A DNA stretch of 64,000 nt from an uncultured Acidobacteriota bacterium (GTDB lineage: Bacteria > Acidobacteriota > Thermoanaerobaculia > Multivoradales > UBA5704). The position numbers were made by a program, and so were the translations under genes. The stretch covers positions 5,248,001 to 5,312,000 of the forward strand of contig CAVYRF010000002.1 in NCBI GenBank assembly GCA_963770895.1, in the 5' to 3' direction. This document shows positions 45,810 through 56,250 of the stretch, in pieces; the first letter of the stretch is position 1; the number at the start of each line of letters is the position of its first letter. Under the pieces are notes generated by a model. That model did not search any database. It was given only the letters and a program-made list of their open reading frames with translations, and was not told the origin of the DNA.

Positions 45810-48800
45810 CTAGTTGCGGCCGAGGCGGAAGGCGCCGGCCAGGGCGAGCAGGGAGGCCAGGGCGATCAAGCCGAAGGTGCCGAGGGTCGGGACCTGCGCC
45901 GCCGGGTCGATGGGGACGTTGACGGCCTGGCTGGCCGAACAGCCGGTGGTGGTGGTGACGGTGACCTGGATCGACGCCGTGCCGGTTGTGCCGGTGGTGA
46001 AGGTGATGTGGTTGGTTCCGGCGCCACCGGTGATCGAGCCGCCGGTGATCGACCAGCTGTAGGTTGCGCCGACGCCGGCGTCGGCTACCGAGGCGCTGCC
46101 GGTGCTCTCCGGCGCCAGGCCTGTCGGCGCGGTGATGGTGGCATCGGTGATGGCGTCGCCGACGGTGCCCGTCTGGTTGCCGTAGTTGGCATTGGTGAAG
46201 GTCCAGGGATCGGCGGCGTAGGTGCCGACGGCGGAGTGGGTGGTGCCGCTCAGGACCAGGCCGGTGAGGGTTTCGCTGATCACCCCGGTAGCCGAGCCGG
46301 TCGCGGTATGGGGGGCGCCGTCGAAGGCCGCGCAGTAGGCGGTGACGCCGATGGTGGCCGTGGCCTTGTTGATGGTGAGCGCCGCGGCAGACTTTGCGGC
46401 GCCGGCACTGTTGTTGGCGTCACCGGCGGTGCTGGCCGCGACCAGGTAGGTGCCGGCGTTGGTGGGCGCCGTGCCGGTGGGGCCGTAGACGGTCGAGCCG
46501 GTGCCGCTGTAGTTCAAAACCAAGGTCAGGGATTCGCCGGCGCCGCCGGTGGCCGAGCCGCTGCCGCCCTGCGGGCTGCCGTTGTAGGTGAAGGTGCCGC
46601 CGTTGACGGCCACGACCGGGGTCGCCTTGTTGATGGTGAGCGCCGCGGCGGTGGGCGAGGTGCCGGCATTGTTGTTTTCGTCGCCGACGGTGCTGGCGGA
46701 GATGAGGTAGCTGCCGGCGTCGACGGGGGCGGAAGTCGTTGGTCCGTAGATCGTCGAGCCGGTGCCGCTGTAGGAGAGCGTCAGCGGCAGGGATTCGCCG
46801 GCGCCGCCGGTGGCGGAGCCGCTGCCGCCGTGCGGGTTGCCGTCGTAGGTGAAGGTGCCGCCGGTGGCAGCCACCGTCGAGGTCGCCTTGTTGATGGTGA
46901 GCGGCGCCGGGGTGGCGGCGGTGCCGGCGTTGTTGTTGCTGTCGCCGGTGGTGCTGGCCGACACCTGATAGGTGCCGGCGTCGGTGGGCGCCGTGCCGGA
47001 GGGACCGTAGGTGGTCGCGCCGGTGCCGGTGTAGGTGAGCGTCACCGGCAGCGTCTCGTTGAGCGCGCCCAAGGCGGTGCCGCTGCCGCCGTGCGGGTTG
47101 CCGTTGTAGGTGAAGGTGCCGCCGGCGTTGGTGAGCGTGGGATTGGCCTTGGCGATGGTGATGGTCTGGTTGTTCGACACCGGCGCCGAGTAGTTCGGGT
47201 CGTTCAGCGTCGCCGTCATGGTGTGGACGCCGGCGGTCATCTTGTTGGTCAGCGACGACTGCCAGAGGCCGAGGCCGCCGGCGGCCGCGGTGACGATGCT
47301 GAACGACTGCGGCGAGCCGAGAGGCGAGGCGCCGTCCAGGAACTGCATGGTGCCGGTGACTCCCGGCACCACCGTCCCGGCCAGGCCGAGGGCGCCGCTC
47401 ATGGTGAAGTTCTGGCCGTAGGTGCCGGCGTTTTTCGCGGTGAGCTGGATGGTGGTCGCCGTCTGGTTGAACGTCTGCGAGAACGGCGCCGAGGTGCTGG
47501 AATTGAACGTCGCGTTGCCGGCGTAGACCGCGGTGATCATGTGGACGCCGGCGAGCAGGCTGACGGTCGCCGCCGGACGGAAGGTGGCGGTGTGGGCGGC
47601 GCCGACCGTGCCGCTGCCCAGCAAAAGGTTGCCGTCGAAGAAGTTGACGGTGCCGCTGGTGACCGTGGTCGGGGTCATCGTCGCGGTAAAGGTCGGCCGG
47701 CCGCCGACCGCCGCGGGGTTGGTGTTGGACGTCACCGCGACGGAGGTGGCGGTGCCGCCCTGCACGGTCACCGTGACGGCGGTCGAGGTCAGCGGGCCGT
47801 AGTTGGTGTCGCCCGCCCAGCTGGCGACGATCGAGTGCGCGCCGGCGCTGGTGATCGCGGTGGTGGTCAGGACGGCCCGCGCCGAACCGACGGCCGCGCC
47901 GGGGGCCAGCGTGGCGGTGCCCAGAGCGGTCGCGGTCGTGTTGTCGGTGAAGGTCACCGTGCCGGTGGGGCTGAGGGTGCCAGGCCCCGCTCCCGACAGG
48001 CCGGTCAGCGTATAGGTGAGCTGCACCGAGCCGGCGGAGGAGATGTTGGTGGCGCTGGTGGCCAGCGCCTGGGTGACCGTGCCCTGGCCGATGATGACGG
48101 TGACCGTGGCCGCGGTGGCGGCGCCGAAGCTGGTGTCGCCCGAATAGGAGCCGCCCAGCACGTGGCTGCCGACGGTGAAAGGCGCGAAGTCCTGGAAGGT
48201 GTAGCCGCTGACGCACGAGGTCGTGGGGATGGCACCCGACAGGAAGTGCCCGACGCCGTTGGAGTTGAGCGTGACGGTCAGGAGCGGGTTGCCGTTGTCG
48301 GTGATCGCGACGGTGCCGGTCGGCGAGCCCTGCCCCGAAGCGCCGGCGACCGTGACGTCGGTCCACACGTAGCTGCCGTAGGTGAAGGCGGTCTGCGGCG
48401 TCTCAACGCAGGTGGTGCCGTTGAAGGCGTTCGGCGCGATGGTGACGGTGGCCGACTCCTGCGTCACGGTGAGGGTGAGCGGCGCCGAGGTGCTGGAGGA
48501 GAAGGTGCCGTCGCCGCTGTAGCGGGCGACCAGGCTGTAGGTGCCGGCCGGCAGGTTGGTGACGGCGATCGAGTAGTTGCCGCTGCCGTCCAGGGTCGCC
48601 AGCGGCACGGCGTTGAGGAACGCCCCGGTGTTGGGGTCCATGGGGTTGCCCAGGGCGCCGCTGCTGGGGATGAAGGTGACGGTGCCGGTCGGCGTGCCGG
48701 TGCCGGTTCCCGGAGTGACCGAGCCGCTCATCGTCACCGCCTGACCGTGAGTGATGCCGGTGGTCTGCGACGCGCCCAGGGTGATGTTGGTGCTGCGGAA

Positions 48801-50981
48801 CGTCACCGTGTTCCACAAGGTGGCCAGCTGGTAGACGTTGGGCGAGCCCAGGCCGGTTGCCATGTCGTAGCCGGGGGTCGCGGTCCAGCCCAGCTTGGTG
48901 GCGGTGGTACAGGCGGAGTTGCCGCAGATCAGGGTGTTGCCGGCGATGATGTCGTGAAACGCGCAGTTGGCGTTGAGCGTCGCCGAGGTGGAGCCGCAAT
49001 CCAGTCCCGCGGTGTGCTGCGCGTCGGCGAGCGAGTAGTAGACGTAGTTGGGCATGCCCTGGCGGCCGCCGTTGTAGGCGTCGATCAGGGCCTGGACGCC
49101 GGCCATGGTCGGCGCGGCGACCGAGGTGCCGCCGACGATGCCGGCGTTGACGATGGCGCCGGTGCTGCTCAGCTGGCAGATGCCTTCGTTGCAGTACAGC
49201 GTGCCGTCGTGTTGGGCGGCCGCCGCCATGGCGACGTCAGGCATGTAGCGGTGCGGACCCGGCACGAACGGCGTCGCAGGGTCGCTCTTGAAGGCGTTGG
49301 GATAGGCGGGGTCGGAAGCGGGGACGCCGAAGCCGTGCTGCCAGGCCGGCGTCGGGATGTAGGCGCTGATGCCGCCGCTGCCCGACCAGAGGCCGGCGGC
49401 GCCGACCGCGCCGCTTCCCTTCGCTTCGTTCCAGGGCTGCTCGGGGATGTAGCCCAGGGCGGAGGCGAACGGCGCGGTGGTGGTTGCCGTCGTGCCCCAC
49501 CAGGGACCGCCGGTGGTGTCGGCGAAGATGGTGCCGCCGACCGCAACGTTGTAGGGCGACGACGCCAGACCGCTGACGGCGTAGCCGAAGGAAGAGAAGT
49601 TGCTGTTGGAGTTGTCGCACGAGGCCGGGCCGTTGTCGCCCGAGGAGACGAAGACCGATTCGCCCTGCGCCGCCGCCTGCCCCCAGAGGTTGGAGTAGAA
49701 GCTGATCGACGCGGCGGTGAAGTTGGCCTCGCACTGGCCGTAGCTCTCGCTGACGACGTCGGTCAAGTTGTTGTCGACGATATACATGGCGGACAGGTCG
49801 ACGCCGTCGGTGGTCAGCGTCGCGCGGGAGACGACGAAGTCGACGGTCGCGCCGGGAGCGGCGCCGCCCGAAACCTCGACGTCCAGCGACGACTCGCCGT
49901 CGTCGCCCGGCACCAGGCCGGGGTCCTCGCCGACGACGATGAAGTGGGGGTCGTTGACCTTCAGGCCGAACATCTGCCGGTACAGCTGGACGTCTTCGAG
50001 CGAGATGTCGGTGCGGCCGACGATGCCGATCGAGATGCCGGTGCCGTCAAAACCGCCGGTCAGCAGGGGCGTGGTGTTGTAGATCGACGCGAAGTCGCCG
50101 GCGCCGACGAAGTGCGTGGTGCCGTTGGTGTAGGCGGGCGCGCTGAAGGGGACGCTCGCGGGGTCCAGAAAGTAGAACTTGCCGGTGGGCAGGTTGGGCG
50201 CGTCGCTGCTGCTTGCCGCGGCCGCCTGGCTCTTGCCGTTGGCGATCCCCGCCGCCGCCACCGAACCCAGGGCGCGGAAGTCGGAGGTCTTGAAAAAGTC
50301 GTTGAGCGTCGGCACGCCGGCGATCACCTGTCGCAGCGCGGCCGGCACCGAGATGTCGGAATTGTTGGAAACGTGCTTGGCGCCGTTGACGTTGTAGGAG
50401 TGCATCTCGGTGCGGAACGCCGTTTCCACCTGCGTCACCTTGCCGCTGAACTGGATGAAGCGCTTGCTGTTGGCAACCTTTTCGACCTTGAAGCCCTGCC
50501 GCGTCAGCCAGTCGGTGACCTTGGCGACGTCGGCGTCGGCGACTCCGAAGCGGGCGCCGAACTCTTCCGGCGTCACCCACTTGTGCCAGTTGGGCGAGCC
50601 CTTGTCCAGCTGCTGGTCGAGCAGGGTTTGCAGCGCATGGTCCTGTTCGGGCGCCGGCTGCAACACCATCACCATGTGGTCGAGCGCCGTCTGCGACGAA
50701 AGCCGCCCGGTGTCCTGGGCGTTGTGCAGTGCCGGCGACACATGGCCCGCCAGCACGCTGCGCAGGCCGTCGTCGACCGGCGTCGTGACACGCGCCACGG
50801 GCCGGCTTTCCGCCGTCTGTGCCCAGGCCGTCGCGGTGGAGGCCGTCAGGGCCGCCACCAGCGCCAGGACCAGGGCGACGGCCCCCAGCGCGGAGTGCGC
50901 CGGCCGGCCGCGGCCTGCGGGGGCCTGCGGGGCGGAGCGAAGAAGCGCTGCTGCGGCATCGATGTCTTGCGGGTGTTGCAT
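45810..50981 (-). CDS. S53 (sedolisin/kumamolisin) protease with pro-domain, Ig-like repeats, MBG-like repeats and IPTL-CTERM-like tail
   Basis: W.TPEEFG.RFG pro-domain, E..LDVE, SSGDNG, GGTSVAAP, GYDMATGLGS; C-terminal VPTLGTFGLIAL..R. Confidence 0.9.
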   Translation of the reverse strand: MQHPQDIDAAAALLRSAPQAPAGRGRPAHSALGAVALVLALVAALTASTATAWAQTAESRPVARVTTPVDDGLRSVLAGHVSPALHNAQDTGRLSSQTALDHMVMVLQPAPEQDHALQTLLDQQLDKGSPNWHKWVTPEEFGARFGVADADVAKVTDWLTRQGFKVEKVANSKRFIQFSGKVTQVETAFRTEMHSYNVNGAKHVSNNSDISVPAALRQVIAGVPTLNDFFKTSDFRALGSVAAAGIANGKSQAAAASSSDAPNLPTGKFYFLDPASVPFSAPAYTNGTTHFVGAGDFASIYNTTPLLTGGFDGTGISIGIVGRTDISLEDVQLYRQMFGLKVNDPHFIVVGEDPGLVPGDDGESSLDVEVSGGAAPGATVDFVVSRATLTTDGVDLSAMYIVDNNLTDVVSESYGQCEANFTAASISFYSNLWGQAAAQGESVFVSSGDNGPASCDNSNSNFSSFGYAVSGLASSPYNVAVGGTIFADTTGGPWWGTTATTTAPFASALGYIPEQPWNEAKGSGAVGAAGLWSGSGGISAYIPTPAWQHGFGVPASDPAYPNAFKSDPATPFVPGPHRYMPDVAMAAAAQHDGTLYCNEGICQLSSTGAIVNAGIVGGTSVAAPTMAGVQALIDAYNGGRQGMPNYVYYSLADAQHTAGLDCGSTSATLNANCAFHDIIAGNTLICGNSACTTATKLGWTATPGYDMATGLGSPNVYQLATLWNTVTFRSTNITLGASQTTGITHGQAVTMSGSVTPGTGTGTPTGTVTFIPSSGALGNPMDPNTGAFLNAVPLATLDGSGNYSIAVTNLPAGTYSLVARYSGDGTFSSSTSAPLTLTVTQESATVTIAPNAFNGTTCVETPQTAFTYGSYVWTDVTVAGASGQGSPTGTVAITDNGNPLLTVTLNSNGVGHFLSGAIPTTSCVSGYTFQDFAPFTVGSHVLGGSYSGDTSFGAATAATVTVIIGQGTVTQALATSATNISSAGSVQLTYTLTGLSGAGPGTLSPTGTVTFTDNTTATALGTATLAPGAAVGSARAVLTTTAITSAGAHSIVASWAGDTNYGPLTSTAVTVTVQGGTATSVAVTSNTNPAAVGGRPTFTATMTPTTVTSGTVNFFDGNLLLGSGTVGAAHTATFRPAATVSLLAGVHMITAVYAGNATFNSSTSAPFSQTFNQTATTIQLTAKNAGTYGQNFTMSGALGLAGTVVPGVTGTMQFLDGASPLGSPQSFSIVTAAAGGLGLWQSSLTNKMTAGVHTMTATLNDPNYSAPVSNNQTITIAKANPTLTNAGGTFTYNGNPHGGSGTALGALNETLPVTLTYTGTGATTYGPSGTAPTDAGTYQVSASTTGDSNNNAGTAATPAPLTINKATSTVAATGGTFTYDGNPHGGSGSATGGAGESLPLTLSYSGTGSTIYGPTTSAPVDAGSYLISASTVGDENNNAGTSPTAAALTINKATPVVAVNGGTFTYNGSPQGGSGSATGGAGESLTLVLNYSGTGSTVYGPTGTAPTNAGTYLVAASTAGDANNSAGAAKSAAALTINKATATIGVTAYCAAFDGAPHTATGSATGVISETLTGLVLSGTTHSAVGTYAADPWTFTNANYGNQTGTVGDAITDATITAPTGLAPESTGSASVADAGVGATYSWSITGGSITGGAGTNHITFTTGTTGTASIQVTVTTTTGCSASQAVNVPIDPAAQVPTLGTFGLIALASLLALAGAFRLGRN

Positions 50982-51226
50982 GGCGGTCACCACCTTGGGT
51001 TCATGAAGGCCAGCCGTTGCGGCGGCGGGGGCGCTAAGGAAACGGCGCTCGACCACCGTCGGACATGACTTTCGTCGATTGGACGAAACCCCCCTCTGCT
51101 GGCTAGGCAGGGCGATTACACTGTACAAATGAACGCAGGGATCTTCTACCGGCCGTCACATCATGTCAAGGCCGCATGAACGTACTTGACGCATAGCCGT
51201 TCGCGCATGTGTCAAGGTCCGCGACC

Positions 51227-52105
51227 ATGAAGAGCGACGTGATCCTGCGCCAGCTGGCTGGCGCCGCGGACTACCAGGCGTGCTTCGAGCTGCAGCTGCG
51301 CACCTGGGGCGCTGATTTTCGCGAAGCCGTGCCGCCCAGCTTTCTCAAGATCTCGCAATACGTGGGCGGCGTCGCGGCCGGGGCGTTCGCGGCGGATGGG
51401 CAGCTGCTCGGCTTCGTCTACGGCCTGACCGGAGTGCGGCCGCCGGGAGGCGGGCGCCTGCTGCCGCCGGTGCCGGCGCCGGCGCCGGCAGCGGGTGCGG
51501 CGGCGCAGCTGGTGCACTGGTCGCACATGCTGGCGGTGGTGCCGGAGGCGCGTGACCTGCGTCTGGGGATGCGGTTGAAGCTCTATCAGCGCGACCTGCT
51601 GGCGTCCCTGGGCGTGCCGGACATGGAGTGGACGTTCGACCCGCTGGAAGCGCGCAACGCCAACCTCAATCTCAACCTGCTGGGCGTCCAGGTGATCGAG
51701 CACGTCCAGGACATGTACGGCGGCGACATGGGCAGCCAGCTGGCAGAGGGCATCGGCACCGACCGCTTCGTCGTCCGCTGGCACCTTGCCGGCGGCACGG
51801 GCGGTGCTGCGCCGGCAGACGGCGCCGGGCGTTCGGCAGCCACCGCGGCCGAGTTTTCTACGGTGCCCTGCGCACCGCTGGCGGTGGCGGGCACGGAGCG
51901 GCTGCCTGCCGCGCCGCGCGTGCGGGTCGAGGTGCCGGCGCGCATTCAGGAGCTGAAGGCCGCGGAGCCGGAGCGGGCTCTGGCGTGGCGTTTGGCGACG
52001 CGGCAGGCATTTACCTGGTACCTGGCCGGCGGCTACCGGGTGGCGGGCTTTTATCGCGACGCCGACGGACGGTGCTTTTACGCTGTGGAAAGAGGCGCGG
52101 CATGA
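51227..52105 (+). CDS. GNAT-like predicted acyl/succinyltransferase
   Basis: ELQ..TWG, HWSHMLAV, G.RLKL.QR, WTFDPL.ARNA.LNL..LG, TDRF...W; adjacent to an OSBS/NSAR remnant. Confidence 0.8.
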   Translation: MKSDVILRQLAGAADYQACFELQLRTWGADFREAVPPSFLKISQYVGGVAAGAFAADGQLLGFVYGLTGVRPPGGGRLLPPVPAPAPAAGAAAQLVHWSHMLAVVPEARDLRLGMRLKLYQRDLLASLGVPDMEWTFDPLEARNANLNLNLLGVQVIEHVQDMYGGDMGSQLAEGIGTDRFVVRWHLAGGTGGAAPADGAGRSAATAAEFSTVPCAPLAVAGTERLPAAPRVRVEVPARIQELKAAEPERALAWRLATRQAFTWYLAGGYRVAGFYRDADGRCFYAVERGAA

Positions 52106-52533
52106 CGACGGGTGGCGAGGCGGAGGTGCCGGCGCTGCCGGAGGTACCGGAAGCGCCGGCGGCGCGACAGGTGGCGGCGGCGGTGCCGCGGGTCGACCGC
52201 GTGGTGTTGCGCGAGATCGGGCTGGTTGGGCGGCGTGCGCCAGCGTATCGCGGTGGACGTGTCGCTGGGATTGCAAGACAGCCCCGCGGCGCTGGTGGCG
52301 CAGGCGAGCGCTGCGGCCACAACGTCGCCCTGGCGTCGCTCGCCAACTTCACGTTGCCGGGCGACCTGTCGCCGAGCGACCGCTATTGGGAGCGCGACAT
52401 CGTCGAGCCCGCCTGGACCATGGACAGCGGCGGCTGGATGCGGGTGCCGCACGACCGCCCCGGCATCGGCGTGACGGTGGATACCGCCCGCGTCGAGGCG
52501 CTGACGGTGCGCCGCGAGGAGCTGCGTGGGTGA
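52102..52533 (+). pseudogene. o-succinylbenzoate synthase / N-succinylamino acid racemase with large internal deletions
   Basis: N-terminal VDRVVLREI, out-of-frame GVRQRIAVDVSLGLQ, C-terminal HNVALASL.NFTLPGDLSPS.RYWERDIV...PGIGV. Confidence 0.75.
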
Positions 52534-52915
52534 CGGGACCTGGCGCCTGCTCGCCGGTGCGGTGGTCGTGCTGCACTTCTGCTTTGTGCTCTTTGTCGCC
52601 CTGGGCGGATTGCTGGTCTGGCGGCGGCCCCGCCTGGCCTGGGCGCACCTGCCGGCCGTCGCCTGGGGCATCTGGATCGAGGTGTCCGGCGGCATCTGCC
52701 CTCTGACCCCGCTGGAAAACCACCTGCACCGGCTGGGCGGCGCGGCGGGATACAGCGGCGACTTCATCGGTCACTACCTGCTGCCCGTGCTCTACCCCGC
52801 GGGGTTGGACCGGCCGCTGCAATTCGCGCTTGCGGCGCTGGTGCTGATCCTGAACCTGGCGGTGTACGGCCGTCTGGCATGGCGCCGTCTGCCGGCCGGC
52901 GGCCGCCGTCGCTGA
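52526..52915 (+). CDS. DUF2784 membrane protein
   Basis: VVVLHF.FVLFV..GG, HLPAVAWG, ICPLTPLEN.L, FI.HYL.PVLYP. Confidence 0.85.
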   Translation: MGDGTWRLLAGAVVVLHFCFVLFVALGGLLVWRRPRLAWAHLPAVAWGIWIEVSGGICPLTPLENHLHRLGGAAGYSGDFIGHYLLPVLYPAGLDRPLQFALAALVLILNLAVYGRLAWRRLPAGGRRR

Positions 52916-52966
52916 TCCCCTGGCCTGTCGGCTGCCCAGCGCTGACACGATGGCTAGTCTGGCTAA

Positions 52967-53590
52967 TCACTGCAATCGGTGATCGAGGAGCTTGCCGGCC
53001 TGTTCCAGGCACACGGCGCCGGCGGCTTCCAGCAGGTAGGCGAGCGCGGCCGGCGAGCGGGCAAGCATCGCGGCGACGTGCAGCGCCGCCACGAAGTCCT
53101 CGTCGAAGTCGCGCAGGTGACCGGCTGCAGGGGGCTGCGGCGGTCGGTGACCGGCGACGGGTGCGGGGTCTGGATGGGTGGTGGCGTTGGGCGGTGCAGG
53201 AGGGGCGGGCAGAGCGGGTTGGGGGCTGCCGGCGGGGGTGATGTCGCCGGGGGTAGCGGTGTCGTGGGTACGCAAGGCGAAGCCTGCCGGTTCGGGGTCG
53301 GTCTGCAGGCGGAAGAGGGGATCGCGGCCCGAGCCGGGCAGCACGGCCGCGGCCAGCAGGGCGGTCTGCCTGCGGCGGAAGACGGCATACGGCTGGTCGC
53401 CGGCGGCCAGGCTCTCACCCTGGCGCAACAGGGCGAAGCCGGATGCTCCCAGATAGCCGACCGGCGTCACCGTCCAGGGGCCTGCGGTCCACGCTTCGTG
53501 GGCGCCCTCGGGTTCGGGCAGGCGGTCCAGGCGCCGCAGGAAGTCGGCGGCGAATGCATTGTGGGACGGGGCGCTGCGGGTGGGCGGCAT
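52967..53590 (-). CDS. hypothetical protein
   Basis: 207-aa ORF with AAGGAG upstream; GPW and RSP.ALA.LLEAAG motifs; Pro-rich insert. Confidence 0.55.
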   Translation of the reverse strand: MPPTRSAPSHNAFAADFLRRLDRLPEPEGAHEAWTAGPWTVTPVGYLGASGFALLRQGESLAAGDQPYAVFRRRQTALLAAAVLPGSGRDPLFRLQTDPEPAGFALRTHDTATPGDITPAGSPQPALPAPPAPPNATTHPDPAPVAGHRPPQPPAAGHLRDFDEDFVAALHVAAMLARSPAALAYLLEAAGAVCLEQAGKLLDHRLQ

Positions 53591-53898
53591 GGCGCGCGGG
53601 CTCCTTCGGCGGCGGTGGCTTGGGTCGCGCCGGGGTGTGGCTGCGGCGGCGCGACTTACGCTCTGTTTACGCCATGAGCATATGAGGAGAGGGGGCGGCA
53701 GTCAACCGGCCGGGGCGCGGATGTCGCGTGCGGCGTACAGGTCGAAACCTGGCGGCGGCCGGCAGGGACATACAGGCCGAACACATTGCGCCGGGTGCGG
53801 TCCGCGGTCGCCGTCCACCGCTCGATCGCCGCCCCGCCTTACCGCCTGGCGTGCGCCGTCTAGCCGCCGCCGGGAGCCCCAAGGAGATTCCGATCACC

Positions 53899-55319
53899 AT
53901 GCGCCTCTTTCGCACCAGCGCCTTGACCGCCTTCGCACTGCTCCTGCTGCTCGGCGTTTGCGCCGTGCCGTCGCAGGCCGCCAATCACATGATCGTGACC
54001 GGGCCGGGCCTGACGTTCACGCCCTCGACCCTGACCATCACCGCCGGCGACACCGTGACCTTTTCCAACCCGTCGGTGGGCTTCCACGACGTGCACGCCG
54101 ACGACAACAGCTTCCGCTGCGCCAACGGCTGCGACGGCAGCGGCGGCAACGGCGATCCTTCGACCAACGACTGGAGCTTCACCCTCACCTTCAACCAGGC
54201 CGGCACCGTCGGCTATCACTGCGAGATCCACGGCTCCCCCGGCGCGGGGATGCACGGCACCATCACGGTCCAGGCCGGATCGGCGCCGCCGCCGCCCCCC
54301 GCCGCCGGCGCCCTCGGTTTCACCCGCACCGGCTACGGCGTCGCCGAGAACGCCGGCAACGTCACCATCGTCGTGGCTCGCACCTCGGGCACCGGCGGCG
54401 GGGTTTCGGTGCAGTACGCCACGGCCAACGGCTCCGGCACCGCCGGCGCGCAGTACAGCAGCGCCTCGGGCGCTCTCCACTGGGCTGACGGCGACGGCGC
54501 CAACAAGACTTTCCAGGTGCCGGTGCTCGACGACGGCAAGGTGGACGGCAGCCACACCGTCAATCTGTCGCTGTCCAACCCCACCGGCGGCGCCACCCTC
54601 AGCACCGCGACCAGCGTGCTGACGATCACCAATACCGACAGTTCCACGCCGCCGCCGCCGCCCCCCCCACGGCGCCCGCGGCGCCGACCGGCCTGACCGC
54701 GACCCCGGTCGATACCGCCGACATCGCTCTGTCCTGGACTCTCAACTCAACCGACGACACCAACGTGCACGTGCAGAGCAAGCCGCTCGACGGCAGCGCC
54801 TTCCAGGATTTGCCGCTGCTGCCGGCGGGCACCACCACGCTGACGGTATCCGGCCTGTCGCCGGCCACCGGCTACGGCTTCCAGGTGCGGGCCGAAAATT
54901 CGTCGGGCGCTTCCGCCTACACCGCCGAGACGGACGCGGCGACCTTTGCCACGCCGGGAGCGTGCACGGCCGACGCCAATACTCTCTGCCTGGGCACCAA
55001 CGGGCGCTACAAGGTGACGGTGAACTGGACGGGCAACGGCCAGACAGGCCTGGGCAGCGCCATCCCGCTCGCCTCCAACCCCGATTCGGGTCTCTTCTAC
55101 TTCTTCAGCCAGAGCAATATCGAGATGCTGGTCAAGGTGCTCAACGCCTGCACGCCGCCGTTCAACGACTACTGGGTGTTCTTTGCCGCGACCACCAACG
55201 TGCAGTTTGCGGTGACCGTCGTGGACACCACGTCGAACCAGACGCGCGTCTACTTCAATCCCCTCAACCAGGCAGCCCTGCCGGTCCAGGACACGGCGGC
55301 CTTTGCCACCTGTCCGTAG
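53899..55319 (+). pseudogene. secreted cupredoxin + Calx-beta + FN3 + C-terminal domain protein, frameshifted at a C8 tract (54661-54668)
   Basis: H.V..., YHCEIHG....MHG copper ligands; Calx-beta V.YATA.G..; after PPPPP the frame shifts into APAAPTGLTA..(FN3) and ..N.EMLVKVLNAC...YWVF.AATTNV. Confidence 0.8.
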
Positions 55320-55515
55320 GCGACGCCGGCCGCGACGTCCCGGTGCCCCGCCTTCCATCGCCGGCAGCGATGGAGGGCGGGGACTGCCGCGGGAGCCGGG
55401 AGAGCCGGCGCCTTCACGACCCCCTCGGGTGAGGGACGGAGACCAACGGCGTATGGTAAAGCCCCAACAACGTTGGGGATGGGAAGCGGAATTATTCTCT
55501 GGTAGCATAGTGCGC

Positions 55516-56250
55516 ATGCTTGGGCTCCGCGCCGCCACACCCTTCGAAAAACGTTTGGGCTACCGTTTTCGCCACCCGGGCCTGCTTGAGCTGGCGCTGA
55601 CCCACCGTTCCCATGCCAACGAGCGCGGGCGCGACGCCCACTACGAGCGGCTGGAATACCTGGGCGACGCGGTGCTCGGCCTGGTGACGGCGGACTGGCT
55701 GTACCGCAACCATCCGACGCTTCCCGAAGGCGAGCTGTCGCGGCTGAAAGCGCAGCTGGTCAGCCGCGGCGCCCTGGCCCGCCACGCCGCCGACCTGCAG
55801 CTGGGCGAAGCCCTGCGGCTGGGTGTGGGGGAGGAGCGCTCCGGTGGGCGCGCCAAGCCCTCGCTGCTCGCCGATTCGCTCGAAGCGGTCTTTGGCGCCG
55901 TCTACCTGGACGGCGGCCTGGCGCCCGCGGCCAAGGTCATCACCCGCATGCTGCAGCCGCTGATGGAGATGGGGGAGGGGCGCACGCAGCTGCTGGGGGC
56001 CGACGCCAAGACCAACCTGCAGGAGCTCGCCCAGGCCCGCGCCTGGGCGTTGCCGGAATATCGCCACACCGGCGCTTCCGGCCCGGACCACAGCCGTACC
56101 TACAAAGTCGAATGCTGGCTGGAGGGCCGGCGGGTGGGTGACGGCGAAGGGTCCAGCAAGAAGCTCGCCGAGCAGCGCGCCGCCGCCGCCGCTCTGACGG
56201 CGCTGGCGGAGACGACGCGAAACGCCGAGTCGGCTACAATCGCGCCCTGA
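55516..56250 (+). CDS. rnc: ribonuclease III
   Basis: ALTHRS, ERLEYLGDAVL, ADSLEAVFGAVYLDGG, dsRBD with SKK.AEQ.AA. Confidence 0.97.
   Translation: MLGLRAATPFEKRLGYRFRHPGLLELALTHRSHANERGRDAHYERLEYLGDAVLGLVTADWLYRNHPTLPEGELSRLKAQLVSRGALARHAADLQLGEALRLGVGEERSGGRAKPSLLADSLEAVFGAVYLDGGLAPAAKVITRMLQPLMEMGEGRTQLLGADAKTNLQELAQARAWALPEYRHTGASGPDHSRTYKVECWLEGRRVGDGEGSSKKLAEQRAAAAALTALAETTRNAESATIAP

Noticed and set aside
53590-53660. Fourth copy of the antisense hairpin leader upstream of 52967-53590
   Set aside because: A 9-bp hairpin exists, but the stem/loop geometry differs and there is no -10-like hexamer at the conserved position.
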